In this document: in pieces, positions 13,641-27,169 of the stretch
How the letters are laid out: every line of letters begins with the position of its first letter
Position numbering within the stretch: the stretch's first letter is position 1
Notes under the pieces: model-generated
Told to the model about the DNA's origin: nothing
What the model saw: the letters and a program-made list of their open reading frames with translations, nothing else
Databases searched by the model: none
Position numbers and translations under genes: made by a program
Assembly (NCBI GenBank): GCA_028534125.1
Contig: CM052816.1
Span: 31,498,001-31,562,000 of the forward strand
DNA: 64,000 nucleotides
Source of the DNA: Lama glama
Taxonomy: Eukaryota
Direction of reading: 5' to 3'

Positions 13641-14766
13641 TTACATAGTATATTTTGATAAAGTTGTAATCAGTACACATACAACTGTTTCCTACTTTTC
13701 ACCTACATTTTGGTCATTGTGTCATGTTTGTGCGCAGAGTCTACATGAACTACACAGATACTACATAATCACTCTTACTGGCTTTATGGTGAAAGTTCAA
13801 GTTACTTGTTTATTGAAGTATACTCTACATACAATAAAATCCATCCTTTGTAGTGTGTAGTTCTCTAAGTTTTGAAAAACAAACTATAATTTAACTACCA
13901 CTACAATAAAGATGGAGTGAAGAGTTCCTGTATGCCCCTTGGTGTCAATTACTCTCCCTCTGGCAGTTGCTGGTCTGTTACCTATCCATAAAGTTTTTTT
14001 AGGCATTAATTTTAATAGTGACAATTCTGACGCAGTGTGATATCCATCAACCGGAAAGTGTTCATGTAAAATGTAGGTGAAAAGTAGGAAACAGTTGTAT
14101 GTGTACTGATTACAACTTTATCAAAATATGCTATGTAAAGAGACTTGGAGGCATGACATAGTATGGTGGTTATATACTTAACTTGTTAGAATAATTTAAA
14201 CAATACCCTTCTTCCAAAGATTTTACTTTTTAAAGCTATTTTGTCCTTATTTGAATCACTTTTTGTGATGTCAGATATTAAAAATGTAAGAATCTACCTT
14301 AGCTTTTTGACAGTATGCCAACTGCTGTCTGGTATACAAAGGAAATATAACGCAGGCTCTGTATACTTTAGAAACAGATAGTTTAGATAAGAAAACTTAT
14401 TTGTAAAGCAGTAACATTATATTATATAAGTTATTACATAAGATTATGATAGTTGATATAATATGAGTACTCAGAATGAGTGAAACATGTATTCACCAGG
14501 CATTCTCAAAATGATAAATTGACATGATATGACCAAGCAGGCCTCTTTGAGTTGCTGAAATTTCTGGTGAAACTTGAAGGACAAGAAATTTAAAAAGTAG
14601 AAAAAAGGCAGTATTTTACAGGAAAATGAGGAGAAGAGGCATGGAGGTGGAAGTAAGCAGCACTATTCCTGGTGCTGAGAGAGGAAACTTAAAGTTTAGA
14701 CGTGAAGCATAAGCAGTTTCTCTGCCTTGTGTATGGCAAGTATTGATAATGCCTTCTGGACTGAAT

Positions 14767-15080
14767 TAGGTGCTGGCAAACTGGCCCAGAGGTCAAATAC
14801 TCCTCACCCCCTGTTTTTGTACTGCCTGAGAGCTAAGAAATGGTTTTTATACTTTTTAATGGTTGAAAAAAGAATCAAATGAATAATGTTTCATGACATG
14901 TTAAAATTACACGAAAGCCGTATTTTGTTGGAAAACAGCCATGTCAGTTAATTTAATGGATTGACTATGGATACTTTTTGTTATATGGCAGAGTTGAGTG
15001 ATTACAACAGAGACCTTATGGCCTGCAAAGCCTTAAAATACTATTTAGCCCTTTACAGAAAAATTTTGCTGGCTCCAGGG
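14767..15080. mobile_element. hAT-Charlie MITE (MER58B-like)
   Basis: ggcaaact...gagctaagaaatggtttt...tggcctgcaaagcc...ccctttacagaaaaattttgc. Confidence 0.7.
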
Positions 15081-15639
15081 CTAGCTTTACAGAGCAGCAG
15101 TCATCCTGGAGATGACGAGAAGTGACACTGGAGAGGTAGGGTAAGGAAATAGTTTTTAGTTTTTAAAAATTCATTTCCCATAGTGTATCTCCCACTACCA
15201 AGATCAAGCTTTACTTCACATAACATGCCTTTTAAAACATTTCTTTCCTTATTGCTTTCTCATCCTCACAGAGATAGTTCTTTGAGAATCAATGCTGTAG
15301 AGGTTTTAAAAGATCTTCAGCTGTTTGCTTAGAGGGAGCATGAAAGCTTTTGAGTTGGAAAATAATATGAGTGGTGGAAGTTTTATTATGAAGTTGGGTT
15401 TATATTAGAAGTAACTTATTGCAGTGCAGTATGACTAGCATTTAAAATATAACCTTAGAAATGAGCAGCATACTGAAATGGCAGTTGGGAGACATGAGTT
15501 TATATTTTACTACTAATTTCTCTGGTGTCTGTTTGTAGAAGAAGTTTTTCTTCTCTACTTTGCATATTTATCAGTATGAGATTACAGAAGGGCAGTAGTT
15601 AATAAAATTTAGGGGGAAAATGCTGTGCTAACATTTAAT

Positions 15640-17590
15640 AAGACAGCTTCCTTGTGGTTAGTTTTTGCATAAGATATATGTATTTTTTCATCTTTTCACT
15701 TCAGCCTTTTTCTGTGTTTGTATTTCCAGTCTGATAGTTTTTGTCTTTTAATGGGAACATTTAGTTGGCTTGTATTGAGTATAACTACTTATATATTTCT
15801 GTTTTCATCTCCTAGTTACTTATAGATTTTTTTGTCCTATCTATTTTGTGTTCTTTGTATCTCCTTTTTGTCATTGTTTGGATTATTTTTCACTTTTCCA
15901 GATTTTCTCTGTATTAGAGACTATGTAGGAATTATATGCATGCATATCCTCTATTACTTTAGTGGCTACTCTAGATAGTACTACTTTGTCCTATCAAAGG
16001 CTAACATAAATTTCTAATTTTACCTCTTTCCAAGCAGTGCAGAAATCTTAACTCCAGTTACCCTCCTTACTTTTATGTTATTGCTGTCCAGCTTTTTTCT
16101 TCCATGTGTGTTTCAAGCCTCACAAGACATTATTTTTAAACTCAATATTTATTTAGATTTCTCACAAATTTTGTCAGTGTTTTGCGCACATCTTCAGGCT
16201 TCCATGTGGCTCATCTTCCTTCTGCCTAAAGGATACCTTGTAGTGTTTAGATCTGCTGGTAATAAATGTCTTAGTTTTTTCTCTTTCTCACCTGAAATGG
16301 TCCTTAACTGCACAGAATTCAAAATTGGCAGTTATTTTCCTTTACTGCTTTGAAGATGTCATTTTGTTGTCTCCTGGCTTCTTTTGTTTCTAATGAGAAC
16401 TTTGCTGTCAGTCTAACTGTTGCTCTTTTGCAGGTCATTTCCACCTATTCTCTGGTTTTAAGGTTTTTCTTTTGTCCTTAGTTTTCAGCAGCTTCGCTGT
16501 AGTGTGCCTCAATATGACTTTGTTTTTATCTACCCTTCTTATTTGTAAAACTTACTAAATTTATGGTTTAATCTTCCATCAGCTTCAGAAAATTCTCAGA
16601 CTGTATCTCTTTCAATATTGCTTTGAGCCCATTTTCTTCCTCTAAAATTCTGGTTTGAAGTATGTTAACCCTTCTGACATTTCCCCAGTCTCTTACAGTC
16701 TGCTGCTTTTCCATCCTTTCACCTTTATGCTTCTTTCTGTGTATTCCTATCAGATTTGTTTTCTAGTTCACTAATTCTCTATTCAGCTATGTGTAGTCTG
16801 CTTTTAGAGCCACTCTTTAATGAGTTTTTCAGTTCTAGAATGTCCACTTGGTTCTTTTTTGTAGTTTCCAGTTTTCTGTCTAATTCTCAAAGTTGTTTCT
16901 TTAATCTCTTTGACTATTCTAAGCATAATTGTTATTTTAAAGTCTGTGTCTGATAAGTGTGTTACCTGGATCTTCTGTTGGCATTTTCTCTTATCTCTTA
17001 TTTCTCCTGGTTTTTGTGTTGTGGTTCTTTGCTTTCTTTTTGTCCATTATTTTTGATTGGATACCAAGCATTATATATGAAGAATATATAAAAATAATTT
17101 GAGCCCTAGTATGATAATACCTTCCTCTAAATAGTATTTGTTTTTGTTTCTGGCTTTTGATTATATATACAAGTCTTGGATTACTTTTCAATATCAAGAT
17201 GATTTTAAACTGCATTTTCAGTTCCTATGATAGCTGGTGTATTTGCAGTTCACCTCACTCCTATAGGGCAACCCTTCAGAGCTGTAACCTAAAGTGTAGG
17301 GGGACTTCAGAGTTCCCTCCCTGACGGTCTCTGGACTCCAGTGTTCTGCTCTAGCTGTGCAAGGGTGTCGAGAGCTCTGCCCTGTTTTTCAGCTGCCTCT
17401 TCCACAGTAGAGGTCGCTGGGGGAAGCATCCCCAAATTCTGGGCTTTATTTACCTAATTTTCTTTCTTCTCTTAGATGTTGTCCCCTTGTGAGCTCTTAC
17501 ATGCTGTCATACAGATTTTTTAAAATACATCTTTCAACTTTCTAGTTCTTAATGGAAGAGTGATCCTATTACCTCTGCCATTACTAGATA
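15640..17590 (-). mobile_element. Ancient L1 (L1M-type) fragments
   Basis: Long T-rich degenerate tract with L1 antisense phrases (ctgctttgaagatgtcatt, tgctgtcagtctaactgttgctc). Boundaries approximate. Confidence 0.55.
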
Positions 17591-18189
17591 TGAGAGTCTT
17601 CCTTATTACTTTTTTTTAAAAAGCATCATTTTTTCAGTATATGGTGTATTCAAAACATATATATATATATTCTGTATTTTTCCAATATAGCAATTCAGTT
17701 AATTAAAAAACTAGCCTTTGCTGCATTCTTATTCTTGATTTTGTTACTCTGAATAGAGAAGAATGCCATCTAAGCCTTCTCTTTATATTTCTATTATATT
17801 GTCTATTTCTTAGAGAAAATGGGAATATTAGGGATCCTTAATTCAAAAGAGTTTTAAAAATAGTAGTGGTCATGTTTAATTAAAATTACTTTGAGCAAAT
17901 GAACATTAGTAGTCAGAAGTTCTGGGCTCTCTGAGTGCTTGGTTACCATACACATAGCTAAAACATTCAAACAGACACTATTCCATTGCAGACCATTGAA
18001 ATCCTAGATCAGAATAAACATCCAGATATTTTCATGTAATTTCTGTAGGTATCATGGAAGACTAATGAACAGGATAAACTTGTGAAGAGATTAAAGTCCT
18101 AATGTATTATAACTTGTGCTTTTTTAGAGTTTTAGTTATAGATCTGTTATGTGAAGTATTCAGATTTAAACCACTTTCTAGTACACATG

Positions 18190-18700
18190 CTGTGTCAAGG
18201 GTCCCCAAGTCCAATTCTACGTTTACAGATAGCTCAGTGTACAGCTTGTATTCATGGCTAGGATTTATTACCGTGATATAATAAGGACATGCAGCTGGAT
18301 CATAAGGGGAAAGGCATAGGTGGGGTCTAAAGGAATCTCTGTGCTGGCTTTCTTAAGCTCTGTCCTTCCCATGAGAGGCCACGTAGAGTTCAGTCTTCCC
18401 CTAGCAACATAAATGCATGTGTGCAATGTTCCTGCCCAGTGAAACCCATTAGAGTCAGTGTCCAGGTTTTTATTGGGTGCTTGGTCATATTGGCATCCTT
18501 TGCTGAGCACATATCAAAAATTCCAGACTCCCACAGGAAGTCAGCATAAAAGCCACCTTTGTAATTTAGGAAAAGTTTTATATCTTGAAACTGTTTACCA
18601 GACAAATTTCCAGATGCCAGACAAGGGCCATCCTTGCAAGTGAGTGTTTCTAAGGGTAGCTGTCTCAGCCAGCTGTGTTAGTTCTTTTCCATACCATGCC
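18190..18700. mobile_element. MER21-like LTR
   Basis: tgtgtcaagggtccccaag...catggctaggatttattac...aggggaaaggcat resembles the recalled MER21 consensus. Confidence 0.55.
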
Positions 18701-18852
18701 TAAAATGACTCACTGCTGAAGTTTTCTATAAACATTGTATGTAAATATCAAAGGTCTGCACTGATGATTTGTTTTGATAATTAGTAGGTTGTTTATCATT
18801 AAACTTAGGTAGCTGAAATAATTTGAGTGGTTATAATATCTTAGTCTGTTCC

Positions 18853-19350
18853 AATGGAATACTATTCAGCCATAAAAATGACAACATAACGCCATTTACA
18901 GCAACATGGATGTCCCTGGAGAACGTCATTCTAAATGAAGTTAGCCAGAAAGAGAAAGAAAAATACCATATGATGTCACTCATATGTGGAATCTTAAAAA
19001 TAAAAAAAAAGACAAGTGAACTTAAATATAAAACAGAAACAGACTCACAGGCACAAAATACAAACTTGTGGTTGCCAGAGGGGAGGAGGGCGGGTAGGGA
19101 CAGACTAGGAGATCGAGATTTATAGATACTCTCTATATATATAGATACTATATATATAGGTATATATAGAATAGATAAACAAGTTTATACTGTATAGCAC
19201 AGGGAAATATATTCAAGATCTTGTAGTAGCTCACAGTGAAAAAGAATATGAAAAGAATATATGTATATTCATGTATGACTGAAAAACTGTGCTGTCCACC
19301 AGAAATTGACACAACACTGTAAACTCACTATAATTCAGTTAAAAAAAAAA
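18853..19350 (+). mobile_element. Young 5'-truncated L1 (ORF2 C-terminus, 3' UTR, polyA) with TSD
   Basis: PFTATWMSLENVILNEVSQKEKEKYHM is the L1 ORF2 tail; A-tail at 19341-19351; 15-bp TSD ATCT(T/A)AGTCTGTTCC at 18838-18852 and 19351-19365. Confidence 0.92.
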
Positions 19351-20167
19351 ATCTAAGTCTGTTCCTCCCATACAGACTTTTACTGATGTGCCAGTGCCTA
19401 TTGTCAGTTTTAATCCATGTGTGGGAAGAACAGGACAGTGTTAGAACATTTAGTACATCTAAAAAGAATGTTTAAGAAAATTAAATTACAATGGGAAATA
19501 ATCCATTATGAAAGGACACTTCATATGTCTCCTTTTAAAGTTTGTATCGAACCACCCACGTATTTTTAGATTTCAGTGGTCTTGTTTTTCTTATGGGAGC
19601 TTTTTGAAGAAAGTACTTTGTTACCAAAAATTTTGGCTCAAACAACTGAAGTTCACTTGGTAATCGGAAATACTAAAAAAATAATTTGTGACTATTAGAA
19701 TCAAATTGGAGAATATTAGATATTACAGACTAGATTTTTTATTTATAAATGTGGAATCTGGCCCAGAAAGTTAAGTGACTGTCAGCAAAACTGTAAATAG
19801 CTGGTTAATTTCATTTCATCAGTTTTTAGGTGTAGAATATACACTTGAAAACATTATTGAAAAATATGAACAGGCCATGGATTAATTTTGAATTTCATTT
19901 AGTGACTTTGAATATCTTTTCATGCCTAATTTAATAATTTCATTTATTCAAAAAAACTTAACCAATGTGTTTTTCCCTTGCTGTGTTTCAGATACTAGTT
20001 TTGTGCTGGGGGTCATTTTTTTCTTATTTGTAATCAAATTAAAGTTATGTCCCAGTGAGGGCGGCTTGGAGTTGCCTGCTTTTCTTTAGATTCTAAAGTA
20101 CATATACGTATTACATTGTACCTTGGTCCCTCAAAATATATTACCTCTTTTTTCCCTCCTCCTTAAG

Positions 20168-21477
20168 GTAATACTGCCTTGCATGATTGCGCAGAATCTG
20201 GAAGTTTGGACATCATGAAGATGCTTCTTATGTATTGTGCCAAGATGGAAAAGGATGGTTATGGAATGACTCCTCTTCTCTCAGCAAGTGTGACTGGTCA
20301 CACAAATATTGTGGATTTTCTGACCCACCATGCCCAGACGAGCAAGACAGAACGGATCAATGCTCTAGAGCTTCTGGGAGCTACGTTTGTAGACAAGAAA
20401 AGAGATCTCCTTGGGGCTCTGAAATACTGGAAAAAGGCAATGAACATGAGGTACAGTGATAGGACTAATATAATTAGCAAACCAGTACCGCAGACACTAA
20501 TAATGGCTTATGATTATGCCAAGGAGGTAAACAGTGCAGAAGAGCTAGAAGGTCTTATTGCTGATCCCGATGAGATGAGAATGCAGGCACTATTAATTAG
20601 AGAACGTATTCTTGGTCCTTCTCATCCTGATACCTCTTACTATATTAGATATAGAGGCGCTGTCTATGCAGACTCTGGGAATTTCAAACGATGCATCAAC
20701 CTATGGAAGTATGCTCTGGATATGCAGCAGAACAATTTGGACCCTCTAAGCCCAATGACCGCCAGCAGCTTACTATCTTTTGCAGAACTGTTCTCTTTTA
20801 TGCTACAGGATAGGGCTAAAGGCCTGCTGGGTACCACTGTTACATTTGATGATCTTATGGGCATACTGTGCAAAAGTGTCCTTGAAATAGAGCGAGCTAT
20901 CAAACAAACGCAGTGTCCAGCTGACCCGTTACAGTTAAATAAGGCTCTTTCCATCATTTTGCACTTGATTTGCTTATTAGAAAAAGTTCCTTGTACTCTA
21001 GAACAGGACCATTTCAAAAAGCAAACTATATACAGGTTTCTTAAGCTGCATCCAAGGGGAAAGAATAACTTCAGCCCTCTTCATCTGGCCGTGGACAAGA
21101 ATACTACATGTGTAGGGCGGTACCCTGTTTGTAAATTTCCATCTCTGCAAGTTACTGCAATACTGATAGAATGTGGTGCCGATGTGAATGTCAGAGACTC
21201 TGATGACAACAGTCCCCTCCATATCGCTGCTCTGAACAACCACCCAGACATCATGAATCTTCTTATTAAATCAGGTGCACATTTTGATGCCACAAACTTG
21301 CACAAACAAACTGCTAGTGACTTGCTGGACGAGAAGGAAATAGCTAAGAATTTGATCCAGCCCATAAATCATACCACGTTGCAGTGTCTTGCTGCTCGTG
21401 TTATAGTGAATCATAGAATATATTATAAAGGGCATATTCCAGAAAAGCTAGAGACCTTTGTTTCACTTCATAGATGA
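20168..21477 (+). CDS. FEM1C: Protein fem-1 homolog C, last coding exon (ankyrin/TPR-like region, C-terminal VHL/BC-box)
   Basis: Acceptor ttttccctcctccttaAG at 20167. The phase-1 join gives K-G-N-T-A-L-H-D-C-A-E; 544+1310=1854 nt = 617 aa plus TGA. Ends in TLQCLAARVI (BC-box-like)...FVSLHR. Confidence 0.97.
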
Positions 21478-24400
21478 TAATTTGACTGTGTTTTAGCACT
21501 GTTAAAGCACGGATTGGTAACAGTTGTTTCATAAATGAGCACTGTTGTGATAACACCAGCATTCATTTAGCTTGATCTCATCGTGCTCTCATTGGCTAAA
21601 GCAGTATAAGCATCAGATTTACAGGATTGGTTTCCCAGTATTTAATATAAATATACCATATAATATATTGTTTGTGAATTATTGAGAAATGTAATGTCAT
21701 ATTCAGATTTCTAAAATTGTCTGCCAAAGGCTTATCCATTATGGTTTTGTTTGCTGTTGGGTGTTTGGGACAGAGTTAACCATTTTTCAGTGGTGTCTTT
21801 ATACTTTTCTGGTTTGTGAATTTTATACAACCGAAGGTCTTTTTTCTGCTTCTTCCTTCTCTTCTCCAAGCTTCTTTCCTGTTTCCACTTTATTTTTAAC
21901 CTAACCATTTCTACTTACCAACTTTTTTCCCCATGTTAGGTTGTACAGACTTTTTGAACTTGTTACCATTTGCAGTTACCATAAGTGCTTTATCTTCTCT
22001 ATGCACCGGCTTAAACTTGACTGTTGTATGTTAGCATATTTTCTATGCAGCAATTGGTCAACTTCAACTCAAAATACTTTTAAGTATGTTACAAAGTTCA
22101 TTTTATGAAAGTACTCTTGTAGCATGACAATTTTTTGAGCTACCAGTTAGCTACCAGAGCTCAAGCTTTTCTGTTTTTTTTTTTTCTTTATATCTGAGGT
22201 TTCTTTCTCTAATCCACTGAAACTATTGTGTGCTAAATTTGGGAAACAAATCTATTCTAACTCATTAACCCAGTTTAAATTTAGGTCTGTCATCTTAATA
22301 TATCATGCAGTAAAAGGAAGAATCTTTATAAAGTGACCCACCTTTCATGCTGCGCCAGCGTTGTCCTGCTTGTGCTGATGATGTGATTAGGTGTAGAGAA
22401 TTTGCTTAAATTTAACCTCAAAGTTTATCACACAGCTTAATGAGTCACATTGAAATATTCAGTAATTGAACTGCAAATTACTTTTAGTTACAAAAAGAGC
22501 TAAAGCATGTCAGTGGCATGATGCTTGCCAAGCCAGATCTAGGCATCTAGGATAATTAAGGTATTTTAGTATGCAATTTATTGCCATAGTATCAAAGGTC
22601 AGTAACAGTGTTCTTTCTTTCTTCAAGCTTAAGTATACCTTTAAAGATAACTTGCATGAATTACTTTGGTCTCAGTTATTTGTCACCATAATTAAATACG
22701 AAAGGTTGCAGTGCTTCCTCTTCCCTTAACTGAAACTTAGCTTTTCTCTCTGTCTTTCTTTCTTTTTGTATCTCTCTCTCTCTGTCTCTCCCTCTGTCCT
22801 TTCGTTCTCTCCCTCCCTTTTTTGGATTTTTTTTTTTAACAGCTTTGCTAATGCCACAGAAAGGGCTCTTTTAACTTAAGAAAAGATAAGTGAAAAGTAC
22901 TAAAAAAGATTCAGGTAATTATCATTCAGCACTTTATTGTTATTCAGAATAAAACTTATGATGGCATATTTGCCCTGCAAATGTCTTAATGAAATTGTTC
23001 TGAATAAAAAGCTCCTTATTGGTTTGAGGAAAACTCAGTTTACCTGTGAGTTTAATGAGCTGGATCACTCGAATTTTTGTGTTGACATTTTATTCTGAGG
23101 GTTGATGTAGTGATATTTAAGGAGTCGTCATTGCAAACAGTCACATTAGGTTTATTTCATGTTTATTCAGTAAAAAAACGTATAGTGAAGAATAGTGAAT
23201 AAACAAAAAAGCATTAGACTTACATTCTGTCTAAATCATTGAGGTTTAATTTTTTAAGATATCCTTACTCATTTTACTAGGTTGTAAATTTAATTTCACC
23301 ATTGAAAAAGGTGGTTTGGATATAAATGGTTGCTCTCCAACCTTTTGATGAAGAGATTTTAATATCTTACTGTGGGCAAATTTGATGAAATATTTGAACT
23401 ACTGTGTATATTAAAAATAATTTGTGATTTGGACAAGTATTCTAGAAATATCAGACATCAGTTTTTGAAATCATTTTGCCTCTAACTTGTGGTATGAAAA
23501 TTATATATGCATGAGCTACTTTTTTTTAAAGGAAAACTTTGCAAGTACAGTAAATCTACATTAATTGATCTCAATAATTTTGGGGTGAAAGATAAGCAAT
23601 TGGATTTTATGTCATTTAATATTTCTTCCTCTTTCAGGGGGAGGGGATAGGAGAGTTTACATGCTCCTATAGTAAGACACATCTCACACTCTTTTACAGG
23701 TGAATTTGAATTGTACAACTCTAGTATAAAACAAGGATTTCTTTCCATAGAATTTTCCCACCATTGAATATAAATAACTTAGAATTATTCTTCAGTCTTG
23801 AGAACTGAAATGCCTTATTTCCATTAGGATACAGTCCTTCTCTGTTTGCCATCTCCCCAAATGCCATTAGGAGCTCTTGAAAAATCAGTTAGTTTACTAG
23901 CTTAAAATTGTCTATTTTATTTTAGAGGAAGTTGGTTAATAAATGTGACCTCAGACACTGTTTAAGGCCTTTGTCAGAAAGTATTCTCAAAAAATTTCTT
24001 TTAATTTGTGTTTTTTTAAACCACAGATGAATAATTTAATACTAATTGTACTCATTTGAGACAAACTAAACTGTACACTGTAGCATGGTAATGTTGGCTG
24101 GAGCTAATGTGTAAGTTTAGATTACATTTCTATAAAAATGCAGTGTTAAGGCCTGCTGGATTTTAGATGTTCCACTCTTGATCATTTCTGTAAAAGTAAT
24201 GGTCATTTTACTCAGATTAGATACCAGTCTAATTTATAAAGACAAGTGGATTATAGATTCCAAAAATGGTGGTTTTCTTATCCATAAATCTGACAGGGAT
24301 ATAAGCCCAAATCAGCAAAAGGTAATTTGGTGCCCATTATTTTGAAGTTAAGTGGTTGCTCACTTGTAAAGTGACCACCTTAATGTATAATGTTTTAGAG

Positions 24401-24805
24401 ACCCCCGTCTACTGTGACTTGGGAAAATTGTTTAGGTTATATTTGAAAAAGCAGCTCTTTAAAATCATACTGCCCAGCAGAAAACTGAGGTTGAATTTTC
24501 TCAGAATTGCCAGGGCCAGATGAAATAATAACCATATTCTTGTGCACTGTAACAGCAGCATTACTGCTTGGAACTTGAACCATTTTAGAGTCAGATACTT
24601 AGGAAACTTAAATTAATTGATTTTTTTTTTTTGCCCTCATATATCACTGAACAACTAGTTTCTCTCCCTTTTGTCAATTCCCATTGTGTATTTTTCCCAA
24701 AAAGTACTGTATTCAGATGCCAGCCAATAAATTGTCACACAATGGAAAATGATTTGCCACAACATTCATTGTAAGGTTTAATAAAATTAAATTTGCACCA
24801 AACGC
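21478..24805 (+). other. FEM1C: FEM1C long 3' UTR
   Basis: AT-rich stretch with no recognisable interspersed repeats, running from the stop codon to tandem poly(A) signals. The 3' end is approximate. Confidence 0.7.
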
Positions 24806-24820
24806 TAGTGTATTCTTATT
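24726..24820 (+). terminator. Probable FEM1C polyadenylation signals
   Basis: AATAAA at 24726-24731 and 24780-24785, followed by a GT/T-rich element (gtgtattcttatt). Confidence 0.65.
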
Positions 24821-26048
24821 AACTCAGTACTTGATTGATTAATGCGTGTGATAGTGGACTGCTGTCTCAAAAACACGTATGGTAATTTATGGTCAGAACT
24901 CAAGAGATAGCCTTTATTATTAATACTTCTATGTAAAAATCAGAGATGATTCTTGTACAGTTTATTCTAAATTTTTTTTCCAGTAAAGACCACAGAAACT
25001 AAAGGTATGGAAAAGCTTTTGTTGTGAGATGCATGGGAGAAGGGCTGCTTTTAACTTGTTTTTTAACTGAGTTTGATACGAAGTATCAGAAGTATATTAT
25101 AAATATATTACTATGAAGGTGAGTTTTATAAATTTATTTCTACCACTTTTAAATTATAATATCTAAGTAGTGCTTTTCTTTTTCTTATATGTAAGTTTCC
25201 TAATGTAAGTTTTAATGGGTCCAGGAAATACACTGGCCATAGTTTCTAAACTCCAGGCAAAAATTGGAACATTCAGTTGTATAGGCCTTCTCTTTTTGAA
25301 TCATTAACTTAATCCATAACAAGGACAGGCTTGCTCATCTTTTTTGACAGGACGCGTCTGTGTTAGTCGTCTTTACCCTTGGTTCTCTGGTTGTCCCCAA
25401 CTACCATTATAAAGGCTCTTTTAAGTAAGATTTTCTCTAAAATTGACTCAGCTTTTTATTATCTTAGTTTAGTTCATTTTCTTAATATAATGTCTGATTT
25501 TAAAAATAAAACAGTGCAGCTCCCTGCCTGAAAAAATCGAGAATTTAATCTTTCAAAAGTAATACTCTTAAGACGGACATTCACATAGAAGAATTTGACA
25601 AGTAATAGTCTTACTAAATCAATTTGGATGCTTATTAATCATTGTATACTTTGGTGCAAGTCATGGAGTAGAGTGGCTTAAAGTATTTGACATTGCCAAA
25701 AATATAAATGAAACAAGTGATTCAGTCTGTTATAGAAAGATTGTTTGCAAAACTTCCCAGTAACGTCTCTTCTAAAGTGAGGTCTACCTAATTTTGTTCT
25801 GGACATACTTGAGCCTTATTTATATATTAATTTATTTTTTTACTTTTCCAAAAGACCAAATACAATTTTATTAATAGTAGGTTCCTCCTCACCTTGCTTA
25901 CATTATAGTACTAATTGATCTTAGGATTGATACTTTTTTCTAAAACCCTTTCATCCTTATAAATGCATGTATTTGTAGATCATAAAGCTATAAAGGGTAC
26001 TTGTGATAATATCCTAGTTCTAAAGCTTAGCGGGCACCTTGATTCTTT

Positions 26049-26433
26049 TTACAAGGGCTCAGCTGAAGACAAACAAAACAAAAATGACACCATAGCTTAG
26101 AATAACAGAAAGCAAAGGGCAGACCATCTAAGGAAAAAAGACAACGCAGTGAGAGGCTGGACACCTGGGGTCAGAGCTGTTGGAGAGCTTCACGTGAAGC
26201 AGCTCTGCGTGTAGAGCCTGCTCGGTGCTGCAGGGACGGTGCTCCCTGCGTGGTCCCCACCCACTTGGAAAGATCTGATTGAGGGAAGGCAGAAATTCCA
26301 TCAACAGACTTCGGAGGGTCATCAGCTCCTGCTGGAGCCTCCTGCCCACCGACCGTCAGCACCCCCACTGGGGGACATCCCACTACTTCCTCAAGGGCAG
26401 CTGCCTGTCTGGGTACTAGGAGGCCAACCCGAT
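26049..26433 (-). pseudogene. UBE2C: Processed pseudogene of ubiquitin-conjugating enzyme E2 C, frameshifted and internally deleted
   Basis: Minus-strand peptides VGRRLQQELMTL and GISAFPQSD-LSKWVGT match UBE2C (VGKRLQQELMTL; GISAFPESDNLFKWVGT) in different frames. Followed by UBE2C-like 3' UTR (ttccttagatggtctg...gagcccttgt). 14-bp TSD CACCTTGATTCTTT at 26035-26048 and 26434-26447. Confidence 0.88.
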
Positions 26434-27169
26434 CACCTTGATTCTTTAATAGCAAAAGTAATACTAGTTCAGTATTCAGTCAGTAATACTGAATTCCAGC
26501 AGTACCAGACACTGTCCAGTGATTATTCTACTACTGTAGAAGATTTTTGAAAATAAGCAAGAAGAAAACCACCTATCATACCTCTCAGTTACACAGTTAA
26601 TGCTTAGATATGTTTTCTTTTCTTTCTTTAGTTCTGTTTTAAATCTTAAGTTCTTTCAAGATAAACAAATATTTAAAAGTAGTGGGTGGTAGCTAAAATT
26701 GAAAAAATTCTGAAAATAGAATTAGGTCAAAAATGAATTTAAATAAGTGTGACCTGTTTATAATGGAGAGTTAAGGGAAAAGGAGGGATATTCCCCATAC
26801 CCTTTTAGGGTAATGTTCACAAAAAAAATCAATTAGCCAGCTAAGTCCACATTCTTTGCCGGTAGGTAACAACTCTTTCCTGTTTATCTCTACAAAAGCT
26901 GATGTTAGGATGCTTCTAGTCATCTAACTACAGCTTTTTAAAGAAATTATGGAAACTTTATTAATATATAAAGAGCTTATAAAGTACATTTAAACCTTTC
27001 TGATTTTTCTGTAAAGATAAGCTGGTACTTCTAGTATTTAGTTCTTTATCACTGACTTACTTTGAATGAGTCTTGATTTATTTGAATTATGAAAATTATT
27101 TTTTACTTTACAAGTGAATTATAGGAATTAGAGTTGTAGAAAATTTTTTATTTCTATGAATACTCCAAA

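Noticed and set aside
18823..19125. 100-aa ORF (and its relative at 28290-28511)
   Set aside because: C-terminal remnant of L1 ORF2 in 5'-truncated copies, not a host gene.
20187..21365. Alternative-frame and antisense ORFs over the FEM1C last exon
   Set aside because: Shadow ORFs of a real CDS with no independent support.
20168..26433. Functional E3-receptor plus E2 gene pair (FEM1C and UBE2C)
   Set aside because: The UBE2C copy is frameshifted and lacks the catalytic cysteine region, and UBE2C works with APC/C rather than CRL2; adjacency is most likely chance.
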